Shown piece after piece: positions 23,475-34,153 of a stretch of 64,000 nucleotides of DNA. Numbering within the stretch: position 1 is the stretch's first letter; each line of letters begins with the position of its first letter. This DNA comes from Nitrospirota bacterium (GTDB taxonomy: Bacteria; Nitrospirota; UBA9217). The translations under genes and the position numbers were made by a program. The notes under the pieces were generated by a model. That model was not told the DNA's origin and ran no database searches. It saw only the letters and a program-made list of their open reading frames with translations. The stretch is from positions 192,001 to 256,000 of the forward strand of contig CAWJQQ010000001.1 of assembly GCA_963845065.1 (NCBI GenBank), in the 5' to 3' direction.

Positions 23475-24434
23475 ATGACTAAAATAGAAACTGATGGATA
23501 TTCTAGCACCCAGAGGCCAAAGCTTGGTCTCATCGGCTTGGGATACATGGGTAGCCGCATGGCCCAGAGGCTGCTCACTGCCGGTTATCCGCTCACTATC
23601 TATAATCGCACGAAGGAGAAAGTCCAGACGCTAGAACAACTCGGCGCACAAGTTGCCGATACGCCCAGGGACTTGGCCACGCATTGCGAAGTGGTGCTGG
23701 TCTCGGTGACTGATGACGCGGCCCTGGAACGGGTGATGTTTGGCCAGGAAGGCGCCTTGGCCGGGTTGCACGACGGATCGGTGATAATCGACCTGAGCAC
23801 CGTGGCTCCCAGCGCCTCACTTCGTCTCTACCAGGCGACGCGCGAGAAAGGTGCGGCGATGATCGATGCTCCCGTTTCGGGAAGTGTTCCACAGGTGGAA
23901 CAGGGCAGCCTGGTGATCTTCGTCGGCGGCGGCGAGGAGACCTATAAGCGGTGCCGGCCCATTCTGGAGATCCTCGGGAAAAACATCTTCTATATGGGCT
24001 CAAGCGGTATGGGGACGACCATGAAACTAGTGGTCAATACCCTGCTTGGCCTGGGGATGCAGGCTTTGGCCGAAGCGATCGCGCTAGGTGCAAAGGCAGG
24101 CTTAAAGAAAAGTTTGCTCGTCGACGTACTCGAGCAGACGGCCGTGCTCTCAGCGGGTCAGAAGGCGAAGCTGGCAAATGTGAAGCGCGATCAGTATCCT
24201 ACGCAGTTTGCACTTTCGCTCATGTACAAAGATTTTGGCCTGGTTCTAAGGCAAGCGGCTGAGGTCTCAGTCTCCATGCCAGCAACGGCAGCGGCTCAAC
24301 AGATGTACACAGCAGCGATTGCAAAGGGAATGGATGAGGACTTTTCGATCATGATCAAGTTTATGCAGGAGTTGGCCGGTGTACCTTATCAGGGACAAGG
24401 CGACACTCGATCTTTTCTTTCAACAGGAAGTTGA
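23475..24434 (+). CDS. NAD(P)-dependent beta-hydroxyacid dehydrogenase (3-hydroxyisobutyrate dehydrogenase family)
   Basis: GLIGLGYMG, DAPVSG and MKLVVN motifs. Confidence 0.92.
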   Translation: MTKIETDGYSSTQRPKLGLIGLGYMGSRMAQRLLTAGYPLTIYNRTKEKVQTLEQLGAQVADTPRDLATHCEVVLVSVTDDAALERVMFGQEGALAGLHDGSVIIDLSTVAPSASLRLYQATREKGAAMIDAPVSGSVPQVEQGSLVIFVGGGEETYKRCRPILEILGKNIFYMGSSGMGTTMKLVVNTLLGLGMQALAEAIALGAKAGLKKSLLVDVLEQTAVLSAGQKAKLANVKRDQYPTQFALSLMYKDFGLVLRQAAEVSVSMPATAAAQQMYTAAIAKGMDEDFSIMIKFMQELAGVPYQGQGDTRSFLSTGS

Positions 24435-24521
24435 GCCCAAGGCCATAGGTAAAAGAACAGGTATCAAGCCAAGCGCACAACACTTGACGGAAGTACTGAT
24501 CACGATGAGCATGTTAGACGG

Positions 24522-25205
24522 TCACTCAGCGGCGCGAGCATGGTACGCGGCGACCGCACACAGACCCGACACGACCGCGGCGAGAGCAAGCGGTACTGCA
24601 ATCGAGTACCGCAGCAGCCAGGCACCCAGCGCTGCACCCGCGAACATTGCGACAACGGCTCTTGCGCGTCTCGTCCAGTTGGGATTTCTTCCGCCTCCAA
24701 GAGTGGAATCCGCCGCCAATCCGGTTATGGTCAACGTAAGCACAGTCGTAGTCAAATCGGGCACTCCGAGCTTTCGAACCGTAGCGTTGCGGACCCCCAT
24801 AGCTAGACCGGAGAGTACGATCACCGAATAGACTCCTGTCGCGGCCGTTGAGAAGCCACTCCTGTAGCCACTTGCGATAACGGTCGCGGCGAGCAGCAAT
24901 GTCGCTTCGATGCCGAAGGCAGTGCCGGTCCATCGATAACGTGGGCTATTGCTCATCACCATCGCCATGCGCCCACCGATTAGAGCCCCGAGGACAAAGG
25001 CGACGAGGGCAGTCACGGATCGCGGAACGGACAATCCCTTTGCACCGGCGACCGCAAACGCCAGAAACACAACGTTGCCGGTCATGTTCGCGGTAAACAC
25101 GCTCCCGAGAGCAAGAAAGCTAACGGCGTCGACGAGACCCGCCACTGCAGTCAGGCCTATCAAAACGCGCACTAAAATCGGTGCCGGGGGAGATGGTGCT
25201 TGCAT
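24522..25205 (-). CDS. YoaK/DUF1275 family membrane protein
   Basis: AGLVDAVSFL..FTANMTGN, AMGVRNA and TTTVLT motifs. Confidence 0.88.
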   Translation of the reverse strand: MQAPSPPAPILVRVLIGLTAVAGLVDAVSFLALGSVFTANMTGNVVFLAFAVAGAKGLSVPRSVTALVAFVLGALIGGRMAMVMSNSPRYRWTGTAFGIEATLLLAATVIASGYRSGFSTAATGVYSVIVLSGLAMGVRNATVRKLGVPDLTTTVLTLTITGLAADSTLGGGRNPNWTRRARAVVAMFAGAALGAWLLRYSIAVPLALAAVVSGLCAVAAYHARAAE

Positions 25206-25807
25206 GGCACGCTCCGAGACAGAGCGTCGTTACCCCAGATCTCGGTTTGTTATCCCACGATCTCTGTCTAGCCAGCTATTGAGTAGTTCCAACTACTATG
25301 CAAAATGCGTGCATAGTTGGTTAAAAGTTATTAAATTGACTAAGTATGCCAAATTGCATTTTATCCAAGCCCGAGATGGAAATTGACACTTCTTGTAACG
25401 AATATATGTCTGAATCGGGGAAATGTCAACGACATCGGGTGAATTTGTCAGGGCAATGGGCTATGATGGCAATGGGCTACAGAAATAAATGGGGTATTTT
25501 AAGGGTATAACAATAAAAATGGGCAGGTAATGCCGATGTCGAAAATTCGGCAGTTAAGGTGCAGGATACGGGTTGAAAATTACATTATTGCAAAGCATGA
25601 TATCTCGTTTGCTTCAGGATGAACTGCTCGTCAAATTAATCGAGTGAAAAATGCATAATTCATATCGAATTTTTGCACATGGCCAACAATTTCTGTAGCC
25701 ATAACTATCCTTCAGGCAGTTCTGGTTATTTATTGAGTGCTTTAACGAAACGTTCATTGTTGTACGGTTCTTGTCGGAGCAGCTTTGATCCACTGCAACT
25801 ACTCTTG

Positions 25808-25963
25808 TCAATGTCTGGTCAGTGGTAACGCTGTACCACCCTTCGAGCCAGTTCAGCTGCCGGCGGCATTGCTTGTACCAGCTCCCACCACGAGTCCAGC
25901 GCCAGCAATCAAACCAGCAATACCAAACCCTGCCAGGTACTTTTTTAAGGTCCCGGGTATCAA
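25808..25963 (-). CDS. SbtA-like (selenobacteriocin-type RiPP precursor) peptide with in-frame TGA; may be decaying
   Basis: AGGAGGTG RBS and TTG start; LKKYLAGFGIAGLIAGAGLVVG...AAGS-TGA-TGSKGG; hairpin GTGGTA/TACCAC starting 14 nt after the TGA. Confidence 0.5.
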
Positions 25964-26151
25964 TGATTCACCTCCTGCCGATTTCAACCCCTTATCCGCG
26001 TTAATATCTTTGATGATATGCTCGGGGGGTGAAGTTTTCACAGAATAGATTGCATAAAGGAAAAGATGTCTTTGATTTATTTGGTCTAATTATCTTTTGT
26101 GCAATAAACAATCTTTGTTTGCGCATGAAATGTGGAGCCGTTGATCGGGCT

Positions 26152-27627
26152 TTAAATCGCCCCACATGCATCCGCTATCAATTTTTTATCAATTACGACA
26201 TTCCTCGGTTGCCATGACGGATCGAGCCGTTTCATTCCGGCAATGAATTCGTTTGAGTTCATAAGGAGATATCCACCAACGGCACGTAGAAGGTTGATGC
26301 TTTTTTTGGGTAGCGAAAGCGATGTTGGAATTTCTTGTAGACATCTGCGCAGACGGCTATCTGGAATTCCGTCAAAAGCCAGCTCAGCAAAGGTAATGTC
26401 GGGCATAGTCATGCCCTCCATCCGAGGGGCATAGGAGCAACTAGCGGCAATGGATTTTCTAAAGGAGTCGAGGGCGAGTTCGATTTGTTTCTGCTTGTCG
26501 AGTTGTTCGTCGAACATCATTACGCTGTCTGATGTTACGGTGTCCACTGGCCCGTCGGTAATCATATTGAGTACGGAAAGAATACCCGGCGGACTGCTTG
26601 AAGCATCCCAGGTCCTTTTTCTAGTCGTTTTTGCGTTGACCGCTATTAGCATAATGCTTCCAACACCACCCATGTTTGCGTATCTCAATACGCTCAAAGG
26701 ACTGTCCGTGGTAGTTACTGCATCTATTGTCACCCGCAGCCCTAGATTGTCAGATAGACCACCGTCCAGAAGGTGTGCATATAAACGATCCGAATCGCGG
26801 TAAGAAAGCGCTGCCATTGCCTCGGCAGTTCGCATTGACGATTTCATGTTGCCGTTGTTGAGCATCTCCCAAAGAGGGTACGCTCCACAAGTTTGCTTAT
26901 AAATCTTTATTGTAAGCGGGTTAAAAACGACGGGGAAGTTCGAGGAGGCGGTGACGGCCCGGGAGACTGAAACACCGGAAAGATCAGAGCATAGAAGATC
27001 AAATTGATCTTGGGTGAAAGTGAAGCGCTGAAGAGTGGTCATGTCGGTCGCATTAATAAGTAAAAATGGTACGGTACCTTTGGGTTTATTGAGTAGATTG
27101 GCGAAAGTTTGCTTTTCAAAGATTGTATCATTGTAGTATTCGTCGGCCATATCGCTTCGACTGAAATTAGAAGATGCAAAACGGAACCAGTTATAAGGAT
27201 TTAAGAGCCTTAGCATAAGCTCACGGTGGATATTGCGGAAAAGGAACCGATCCGGAAAATCGCTAAAGAAACGATCAGGGAAAAGAACGTAATAAGCCGA
27301 AGTAAAACTCCCCCCGGAGACTGACGAGATGATCTCCACATCATCGAGTAGTCTGCGTTTAGACCCGCCTTTGGTGGTATATTCTACCAGTCGGAGTTCC
27401 TCCATAAGACCGAAGGAGAGGGCTGCAGCACGTTTACCGCCTCCGGAAAACGAAAGAATGACAAAAGGTTTATCTTTAGTTGGTGCTGGACGTACGACAC
27501 GATAGCGGTAACCTGCAGCTTCAGAAATTGATTTAAGAGGGGGGTTTTCTGGATACTGAGAACATCCGCTGAATATTATGATCATAATAATTGGAAGCAG
27601 CATCAATTCGAAGTCTAATCGCCGCAA
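26152..27627 (-). CDS. Patatin-like phospholipase, predicted lipoprotein
   Basis: Lipobox FSGC, SGGGKRAA, SVSGGS nucleophile elbow and DGG motif. Confidence 0.85.
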   Translation of the reverse strand: MRRLDFELMLLPIIMIIIFSGCSQYPENPPLKSISEAAGYRYRVVRPAPTKDKPFVILSFSGGGKRAAALSFGLMEELRLVEYTTKGGSKRRLLDDVEIISSVSGGSFTSAYYVLFPDRFFSDFPDRFLFRNIHRELMLRLLNPYNWFRFASSNFSRSDMADEYYNDTIFEKQTFANLLNKPKGTVPFLLINATDMTTLQRFTFTQDQFDLLCSDLSGVSVSRAVTASSNFPVVFNPLTIKIYKQTCGAYPLWEMLNNGNMKSSMRTAEAMAALSYRDSDRLYAHLLDGGLSDNLGLRVTIDAVTTTDSPLSVLRYANMGGVGSIMLIAVNAKTTRKRTWDASSSPPGILSVLNMITDGPVDTVTSDSVMMFDEQLDKQKQIELALDSFRKSIAASCSYAPRMEGMTMPDITFAELAFDGIPDSRLRRCLQEIPTSLSLPKKSINLLRAVGGYLLMNSNEFIAGMKRLDPSWQPRNVVIDKKLIADACGAI

Positions 27628-27800
27628 TTGGATAGCCTCCGTGTGGGTTTAAGAGCTCTGCACTCAGTTAGATAGATTGTATACTATACATTGCCATTCA
27701 ACATTGAAACGGATAAAAGAATTCATACAGCAAACAGTTGTGCTCGAAAAAGCTTGCTAAAAACCTATATCATGAATGTTATTATTTAGCTAATACATCG

Positions 27801-28277
27801 TCATCGGATATCTTCCATCTCCAACGTCGTGGTAATCTCCACACATTTGCCAATTGAACGTGCCACGGGGCAATGGTCCTTATGAAGGCCATGCACACGC
27901 TCCGCAGTCTCACGCGCCGATGGCTCCACTTTTAAGAGGTAGGTAACGTGGATCCGCTTGATCACCAGGGTACTTCCCTCAGTTCCTATATCGCCCCGGG
28001 CATTAGAGCTGAGTCGGCCTGTCGATGCCGATATACCGCGCGCCTCCAGCGCGCCGCCGAAAGTGCCGGTGAGTCAGCCAGCGGTGGCAGCCACGACATA
28101 ATCCAGCGTGGTAGCGTGGGGCTCGGTCTTCGAAGGGTCGACCTTATAATGCGCCGCTATCTCCGAGTGAACACCAAAGAGGACCGGTTCCCGTTCTGCT
28201 GGGAGCCATGCGCGACGGAGCGGCCCCTTGTCCCGTTCAATCCGGACATGTGACTCATATACAATATCGTCTGCCAT
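27801..28277 (-). CDS. OsmC/Ohr-like peroxiredoxin, predicted selenoprotein (U68), 158 aa
   Basis: AAGGAG RBS; AATAG-TGA-LTGT at the first catalytic Cys position; frame continues about 90 codons through HCPVARSI (second Cys motif); GCGCGC-TGGAG-GCGCGC hairpin at 28038-28054. Confidence 0.85.
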
Positions 28278-28698
28278 GTTCACTCCTTTGTCAGTCCTCT
28301 TCTCTATTTTCCAGCAGTCAACCGGCTGCAACACGACTGATCCTGATCAGGTTGAGCCTTGGGCCGCTGAGCTGTCGAAGCAGTGATCGCCCACATTTAT
28401 GGTATGTTATGGAAGGAGGGCGAAATCGAGATACTATAACGATATTTATAAATATAATATTATTGTAGCATAAGAATCACCAAATCATATCTGTACAGAA
28501 CCAGCTTAAAGTGCCCGAATATATGTTCGAACAGCGTAGCATGATAATCCGACACATACATATAATGAAGAGACCCGCGACTCTTCCTATTACATATTTT
28601 AAAAAAGCTAACAATGTCCTAATGGTGTGCTGTGTAGAAGTTACTAGTGTCAAATACTTATAACCCCTCTTATAAGCACTTTTAATCCCCCTTTTTCT

Positions 28699-28752
28699 GT
28701 GACCAATATGTTATTTGTCCGTGATGGTTTTGTGACCATTGCTAGGTATACT
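28699..28752 (+). promoter_or_regulatory. Promoter with four 11-bp-phased GTGA/GTTA direct repeats and -10 TATACT (box 1)
   Basis: GTGA 28699, GTTA 28710, GTGA 28721, GTGA 28732, TATACT 28747. Confidence 0.7.
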
Positions 28753-28811
28753 TCAATAAAACAGATGGAAGAGATTGCGTGTTCATCGCATATGCGGCCA
28801 CGAGGGAGGTT

Positions 28812-29142
28812 ATGAAGTCCATAATTTCCCCTTCGGTTGTTATTATGTTTGCCCTTGCTCTAAATGTGGTGTCAGCGTATACAGGCGGACTAAAACGCAA
28901 GATTCTTGCCTTTTTTCCTTGGATACGGAATTGTTGTTGCACGAGAGACAGGAACATAGAAAGTTGCCTTAACGGCCAAGTGTTATGACGACGGCAAGGC
29001 AGCCTTGCAGAGAGTGGCAGGAGATCAGAAAATCGAACCGGGATTTCATTACCTGAATGAAACGGATACTGTTTCTTATAGCCCAAAGGTCATTACAGTT
29101 GCGGGAGGGAATACAGCCTTGAAAAATCTGGAATGTAAATGA
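28812..29142 (+). pseudogene. Decayed Cys-type copy of the exported HMA-like family
   Basis: GGAGG RBS; KVALTAKCYDDGKAALQ..GFHYLNETDTVSYSPKVIT aligns with 38907-39266; frameshift and in-frame TAG. Confidence 0.75.
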
Positions 29143-29311
29143 AACGAGAAAATAGTCGATAGAAATGGGTATCTTTTGCAGTACCTGAAAATACAGAAGA
29201 AGAGGGTGCAATCATTTTATCAAACACAATAATGAGAACGAAGCTTCTTATCAATATTATGCTACGTTAATTACAATGAGCAGCACATGAATGCATAGGA
29301 AGCAGAAACGC

Positions 29312-30031
29312 ATGCGTCGCAGAGTACTTATAATTGAAGACAATAAAGATATCGCCCATCTGGTGGAGCTTCATCTTAGGGATACAGGATGTGATGTAAG
29401 TTTGGCCTTTGACGGTAATGCTGGTATCGCGAAAGCTCTCTCGAAATCCTACGATCTGATTATTCTGGATCTGATGCTCCCGGGCGTGGACGGGCTTGAG
29501 ACTTGCCGGCGCTTGAGAGCCGAAGCCACCTACACTCCCATCATAATGCTGACTTCCAGATCTTCCGAAGTTGACCGGGTTCTCGGCCTGGAGATCGGGG
29601 CAGATGATTACCTGACAAAACCGTTCAGTATTCGGGAGCTTATGGCACGGGTCAAGGCCATATTCCGTTGCGTGGAAGCGCTTAAGTCGGGGGCAACGCA
29701 GCAATCGAACGCATCAATTCAGACAGGTGACCTTGTGGTTGACGCTGAAAAACGAAAAGTCACGCTCCGGGGAAATCCCGTGACGTTGACAGTTAGAGAA
29801 TTCGATCTGTTACTCCATTTTATGAATCACCCCGGTAGAGTGTATACACGCAAGGAGCTGCTGAATTTAGTCTGGGGTAATGGGTATGAGGGCTATGAAC
29901 ACACGGTCAATTCTCATATCAACCGTCTGAGGGCCAAAATAGAAGATAACCCTGCTCAGCCGTTCTATATTTTGAGTGTCCATGGGGTCGGTTACAAGTT
30001 CACCGATCTCCAAGATTTACTGAAGGTATAA
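29312..30031 (+). CDS. OmpR/PhoB-family response regulator (copy A)
   Basis: IIEDN, DLIILDLMLP, GADDYLTKPF and wHTH TVNSHINRLRAKIE. Confidence 0.95.
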   Translation: MRRRVLIIEDNKDIAHLVELHLRDTGCDVSLAFDGNAGIAKALSKSYDLIILDLMLPGVDGLETCRRLRAEATYTPIIMLTSRSSEVDRVLGLEIGADDYLTKPFSIRELMARVKAIFRCVEALKSGATQQSNASIQTGDLVVDAEKRKVTLRGNPVTLTVREFDLLLHFMNHPGRVYTRKELLNLVWGNGYEGYEHTVNSHINRLRAKIEDNPAQPFYILSVHGVGYKFTDLQDLLKV

Positions 30032-30035
30032 ACGC

Positions 30036-31526
30036 ATGTTTAAAACTCTTTACTTCAAACTGGCCGCTGTACTCGTGGGAATATTCTGCCTGATAGGAGT
30101 ACTTTATATTCTGCTGACGCTCTACACTACGCGGATGTATTTTCAGGAGGTGAACCAGAAGCTGAACCGTTCGCTGGCGCAGAATTTAGCATTGGGAAAA
30201 ATCTTGACGAAAGATGGTCAGGTCAATCAAAAAGCCCTTCAGGATATCTTTCGCATGCTGATGGTCGTAAACCCCGGTATCGAGGTCTATCTCCTAGATC
30301 CGAAGGGCACTATCCTGGCATTCTCTGCACCACCCGGAAAGGTGAAAAGAGAGACTGTATCACTGGAGCCCCTGAAGAGGTTATTGGACGGAACCTCATC
30401 CTTGCCCATCCTGGGTGATGATCCACGTGACCTCAAACAAAAAAAAATATTCTCCGTTGCACCAATCTCTCTGAAAGGCCACGTAAGAGGGTACGTTTAT
30501 ATTATTTTGGGTGGGGAGAAATTTGACACAGTCGCCCAGATGCTCCAAGCCAGCTACATTCTCCGGCTCAGCGTGGGGGCTGCGGCAGGAGGCTCGCTGT
30601 TTGTCTTACTGACCGCGCTTCTTCTATTTAATTGGATGACTCGAAGGCTCAAGAGTCTTACCACAACCATGGAAACTTTCCGGCAGCGAAATTTCTCAAA
30701 GCCTCCCGATATATTGAGTCGGTTTCGAACCGGTTCAAGGAATGAAATCGATCAGCTCGGGACGATCTTTATGCAAATGGCCGATCGCATTGTTCAGCAG
30801 ATAAAGGAACTTAGAGAGGCCGATACGCTTCGGAGAGGATTCGTTGCTACTATCGCGCACGATCTTCGGACTCCCCTGACCTCCCTTCGAGGCTATCTCG
30901 AGACCCTGCTCTTGAAGGAAGGAAGGTTAACGACGGAGGAACAGCGGAACTTTCTTACGATTGCCATGAAACGGTCAGACCAGTTAGGGAAGATGGTCTC
31001 TCAGCTCTTTGAACTCGCAAACCTAGATTCTCCCGATATCCGACTCAGCTTCGAGCCGTTCTCTCTGGGCGAACTCATTCAGGATGTTCTGCAGAAGTTC
31101 CAACTCGTTGCCGAGAAGAACAAAATCACTCTTCACATGAATATCGAGGCACCCCTTCCTCTGGCGCTCGCTGAGATAAGTTTATGCGAACGCGTTCTCG
31201 ATAATCTTATCGAGAACGCTGTCCGGTACACTGGAGAGAACGGATCTATAAGCATCAGCGCCGTTTTAAAAGACAAAACTGAACGAATAGAAGTACAGGT
31301 TACGGATACTGGTTCAGGCATTCGTCCAGAGGATGTAGTGCGACTTTTTGACCCCTCTTCTAGGCTGAAGAGAGAAGGTCCAAAGGACGCAGAGCGGGCT
31401 GGGCTTGGTCTGGCCATCGTAAAGAGAATCCTTGAACTACATGGGAGCGATATCCAAGTGAATAGCACCATTAATGTCGGCACTACCTTTACGTTCACCG
31501 TGCCGATTTATAGAACTCAACCATGA
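30036..31526 (+). CDS. Membrane sensor histidine kinase (2 TM, HAMP, HisKA, HATPase)
   Basis: AHDLRTPL H-box, NLIENA N-box, DTGSGI and GLGLAI G-boxes. Confidence 0.95.
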   Translation: MFKTLYFKLAAVLVGIFCLIGVLYILLTLYTTRMYFQEVNQKLNRSLAQNLALGKILTKDGQVNQKALQDIFRMLMVVNPGIEVYLLDPKGTILAFSAPPGKVKRETVSLEPLKRLLDGTSSLPILGDDPRDLKQKKIFSVAPISLKGHVRGYVYIILGGEKFDTVAQMLQASYILRLSVGAAAGGSLFVLLTALLLFNWMTRRLKSLTTTMETFRQRNFSKPPDILSRFRTGSRNEIDQLGTIFMQMADRIVQQIKELREADTLRRGFVATIAHDLRTPLTSLRGYLETLLLKEGRLTTEEQRNFLTIAMKRSDQLGKMVSQLFELANLDSPDIRLSFEPFSLGELIQDVLQKFQLVAEKNKITLHMNIEAPLPLALAEISLCERVLDNLIENAVRYTGENGSISISAVLKDKTERIEVQVTDTGSGIRPEDVVRLFDPSSRLKREGPKDAERAGLGLAIVKRILELHGSDIQVNSTINVGTTFTFTVPIYRTQP

Positions 31527-31577
31527 TCTAACAAGATCGAACTTGAGAGACCCAGTCTTTAGGATTATCCTTTTTTT

Positions 31578-31631
31578 GTGACTAAAATTTTATCCTTCCG
31601 TGATGATTTCGTGACTTTCGTTCGCTATACT
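31578..31631 (+). promoter_or_regulatory. Phased GTGA repeat box and -10 TATACT (box 2)
   Basis: GTGA 31578, 31600 and 31611; TATACT 31626. Confidence 0.7.
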
Positions 31632-32020
31632 AAATTTCATATTCGTATATTAGATGGAAAATAAAGCGTCTGCACGATGCGACATTCTGTACTCACCGAT
31701 TTAAATAAATAAGAAAAATTATTATCAGTCTGGTTTTTGTTGCCGATTTAAATCAATGCTTCTACACCCGTCGTTTAGATGGTTGCATATTTGTTGGCTG
31801 TTTTTGCGGTGGAGATGACGAGAGATAGAGCAAGAACGTTTTATTTTTCGTCCAGGTTTTATATCTTTGCACGCATGTCGGCAAAAGTACGTGCTAAAGG
31901 GGGGATGCTGCATAACAAAGAGAGCATGAGGTCGAATCTAGTGCATCACAAATATTTTAATTGGGCAATAAGGCCCCTGAGGTACCTGAGGTACTTTCCA
32001 ACAAAGAACAGGAGGAAGCA

Positions 32021-33115
32021 ATGAATAAGAAAATGTTAGTGGCAGTTTTGAGTAATGCGATGCTGATGATCTCAGCGGCCACAGTCTTTGCGGACGACCT
32101 GCAAGAAAATGAAGCAGCCGGGGCTGTGTATGCCATGACCAATGACGCTAGCGGCAATCAAGTCGTTATTTTTGATAGGGACGACGAGGGTATCCTGACA
32201 AAAGCAGGTTCAATATCAACTGGTGGGACCGGTACTGGAAGCGTGTTGGATACACTGGGTTCTCAAGGGTCCCTCAACCTCAGCAAGGACCAAAGCTGGC
32301 TTTTGGCTGTTAATGCAGGGAGTAATGATATCTCTGTCTTCAAAGTTCTGCCAGAAGGACTCAAGTTCGTTAGCAAGGTTGGTACTGGAGGAACAATGCC
32401 TGTGAGCGTGACCGTCTTCCATAACCGTATCTATGTTCTTAACGCCGGTGGGTCTCCAAACATTAGCGGTTTCAGCATGAGCTACAGAGGTGAACTGACC
32501 CCTCTCACTAATTCCACTCGATCGTTGGGAGCCGGCTCATTTGCCCAGGTGGGTTTTGACCCAGAAGGTGAGAAACTGGTAGTAACAGATAAAGCAAATA
32601 GCACGATTATCGTCTACTCCGTAGGTGATAGCGGATTGCCTGGCATGAATCCTGTAACTTCGCCCTCTCATGGTGTTACCCCCTTCGGGTTTATCTTTGA
32701 TCAACGGGGACACCTGCTGGTCGTTGAAGCAACCACGAATGCTGTTTCGTCTTACAAGATTCTGCCCGATGACACTTTGGACGTGATAAGCGGATCGGTA
32801 CCCAATGGGCAGGTGGCGGCCTGCTGGATAGCCGAAAATGAGCATGGAGACGTTTTCACTGATAACCCCGGCACAAGCTCCGTTTCCTCTTATAAAGACA
32901 GACATGGAAGCCTTGATCTGCTTAATGGTGTTGCTGGCACGGGAACTACACCTCTCGATCTGTCTATAACACCTGATGGACGTTTTCTTTATGCGTTGGA
33001 CCCTAAGAATGGAACCATAGACATGTTCCAAATCGAGCATGACGGTAGCTTGACAAGTTTTGGCACGGTCGCTGGGGGCTTCTCTATTTTTGCGCAAGGC
33101 ATTGCGGCACGCTGA
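32021..33115 (+). CDS. Exported beta-propeller lactonase-family protein
   Basis: GGAGG RBS, signal peptide (VFA-D), repeated blades (VNAGSNDISVF, ITPDGRFLYAL). Confidence 0.85.
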   Translation: MNKKMLVAVLSNAMLMISAATVFADDLQENEAAGAVYAMTNDASGNQVVIFDRDDEGILTKAGSISTGGTGTGSVLDTLGSQGSLNLSKDQSWLLAVNAGSNDISVFKVLPEGLKFVSKVGTGGTMPVSVTVFHNRIYVLNAGGSPNISGFSMSYRGELTPLTNSTRSLGAGSFAQVGFDPEGEKLVVTDKANSTIIVYSVGDSGLPGMNPVTSPSHGVTPFGFIFDQRGHLLVVEATTNAVSSYKILPDDTLDVISGSVPNGQVAACWIAENEHGDVFTDNPGTSSVSSYKDRHGSLDLLNGVAGTGTTPLDLSITPDGRFLYALDPKNGTIDMFQIEHDGSLTSFGTVAGGFSIFAQGIAAR

Positions 33116-33527
33116 GAAATGAGCAAACTAAGGGATTTCAAGAGTCAGGAACATAGAGGGGTGCAGCGTGAACACTCTGTGCCCCATTCTTTCAAGAGAG
33201 GCCCTAGAGGACATTTATCCTTTACATGAATTATCAATGCCCAACTTATAACAACATTGAATTATCGTTTGTAAGTGGCGATCGCGAGCTGACCATGATT
33301 TCGCTTATCGTAATAAGTGGCGTTAATTGCAAAAAAATGCAGTGATCAGGATAGACGCAGAAAATGGAGCTTAAGTGGAAAGGAGATGATATCATAAAAA
33401 AATTTTACGAAGTCATGGTTTGGTAAATTGAGACCGGGTATTAAGTTTCTTACAATAATTCTGTAATTCTGTAGGACATCTTAAAACAAGTTACGGAATT
33501 CAGTAAACAATCTAAGGAGGATTTGCC

Positions 33528-33943
33528 ATGAAAAAGATGTCTGTAATAGCCACGGTAATTATATCCACCATAGTCCTGATGTTCTCAATAGGGGGTCAAA
33601 TTCGCACAAGCTGAAGAAAAGATGATGGACTAAAGACATGATGATGAAACAGGGCGAAATGATGAAGGAAAAGGGGCAGATGATGATGGACAAGGGCAAA
33701 ATGATGAAGGAAGGTATGATGGATAAAGACACGATGATGAAGGAAGGCGATATGATGATGAAAGAAGGCGACATGACGATGAAAAACGGTAAAATGATGA
33801 TGAAAAATGGTAAAAAGATGAAGGAAGGCAAAATGGATAAAGATATGATGATGAAAGAAGGCGACATGATGATGAAAGAAGGCAAAATGATGATGGATAC
33901 AGGCAATGGCATTACGACTTTCAATGGCGGAAATCCCAATTGA
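33528..33943 (+). pseudogene. Methionine-rich secreted protein, copy A, frameshifted around the end of the signal peptide
   Basis: AGGAGG RBS and signal peptide homologous to 42940; net +2 frameshift (extra G in a G-run and an extra T); downstream 101-aa frame has 33 Met. Confidence 0.8.
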
Positions 33944-34153
33944 ACTCCCTTATAGAAAAGGGTGATCCTATTCAACTTGATTAAGCCGCATAAAACGTCA
34001 GACGCCTGTGTGGAGATGTAGCGGCTCGGATGGAGACCGTCAAGTATATTTATTTGAAACTGAACTGGCTATTACAGTATTAGTCGGAAAATAAAAAAAA
34101 TAGGCCCCCTGACGCCTTGTCGGGGGTGCTTCACGTAAAATTTGGAGGGAAGA

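Noticed and set aside
33559..33975. Ile/Ser/Phe-rich minus-strand ORFs (also 43074-43385 and 43078-43329)
   Set aside because: They are antisense shadows of the ATG-rich Met repeats.
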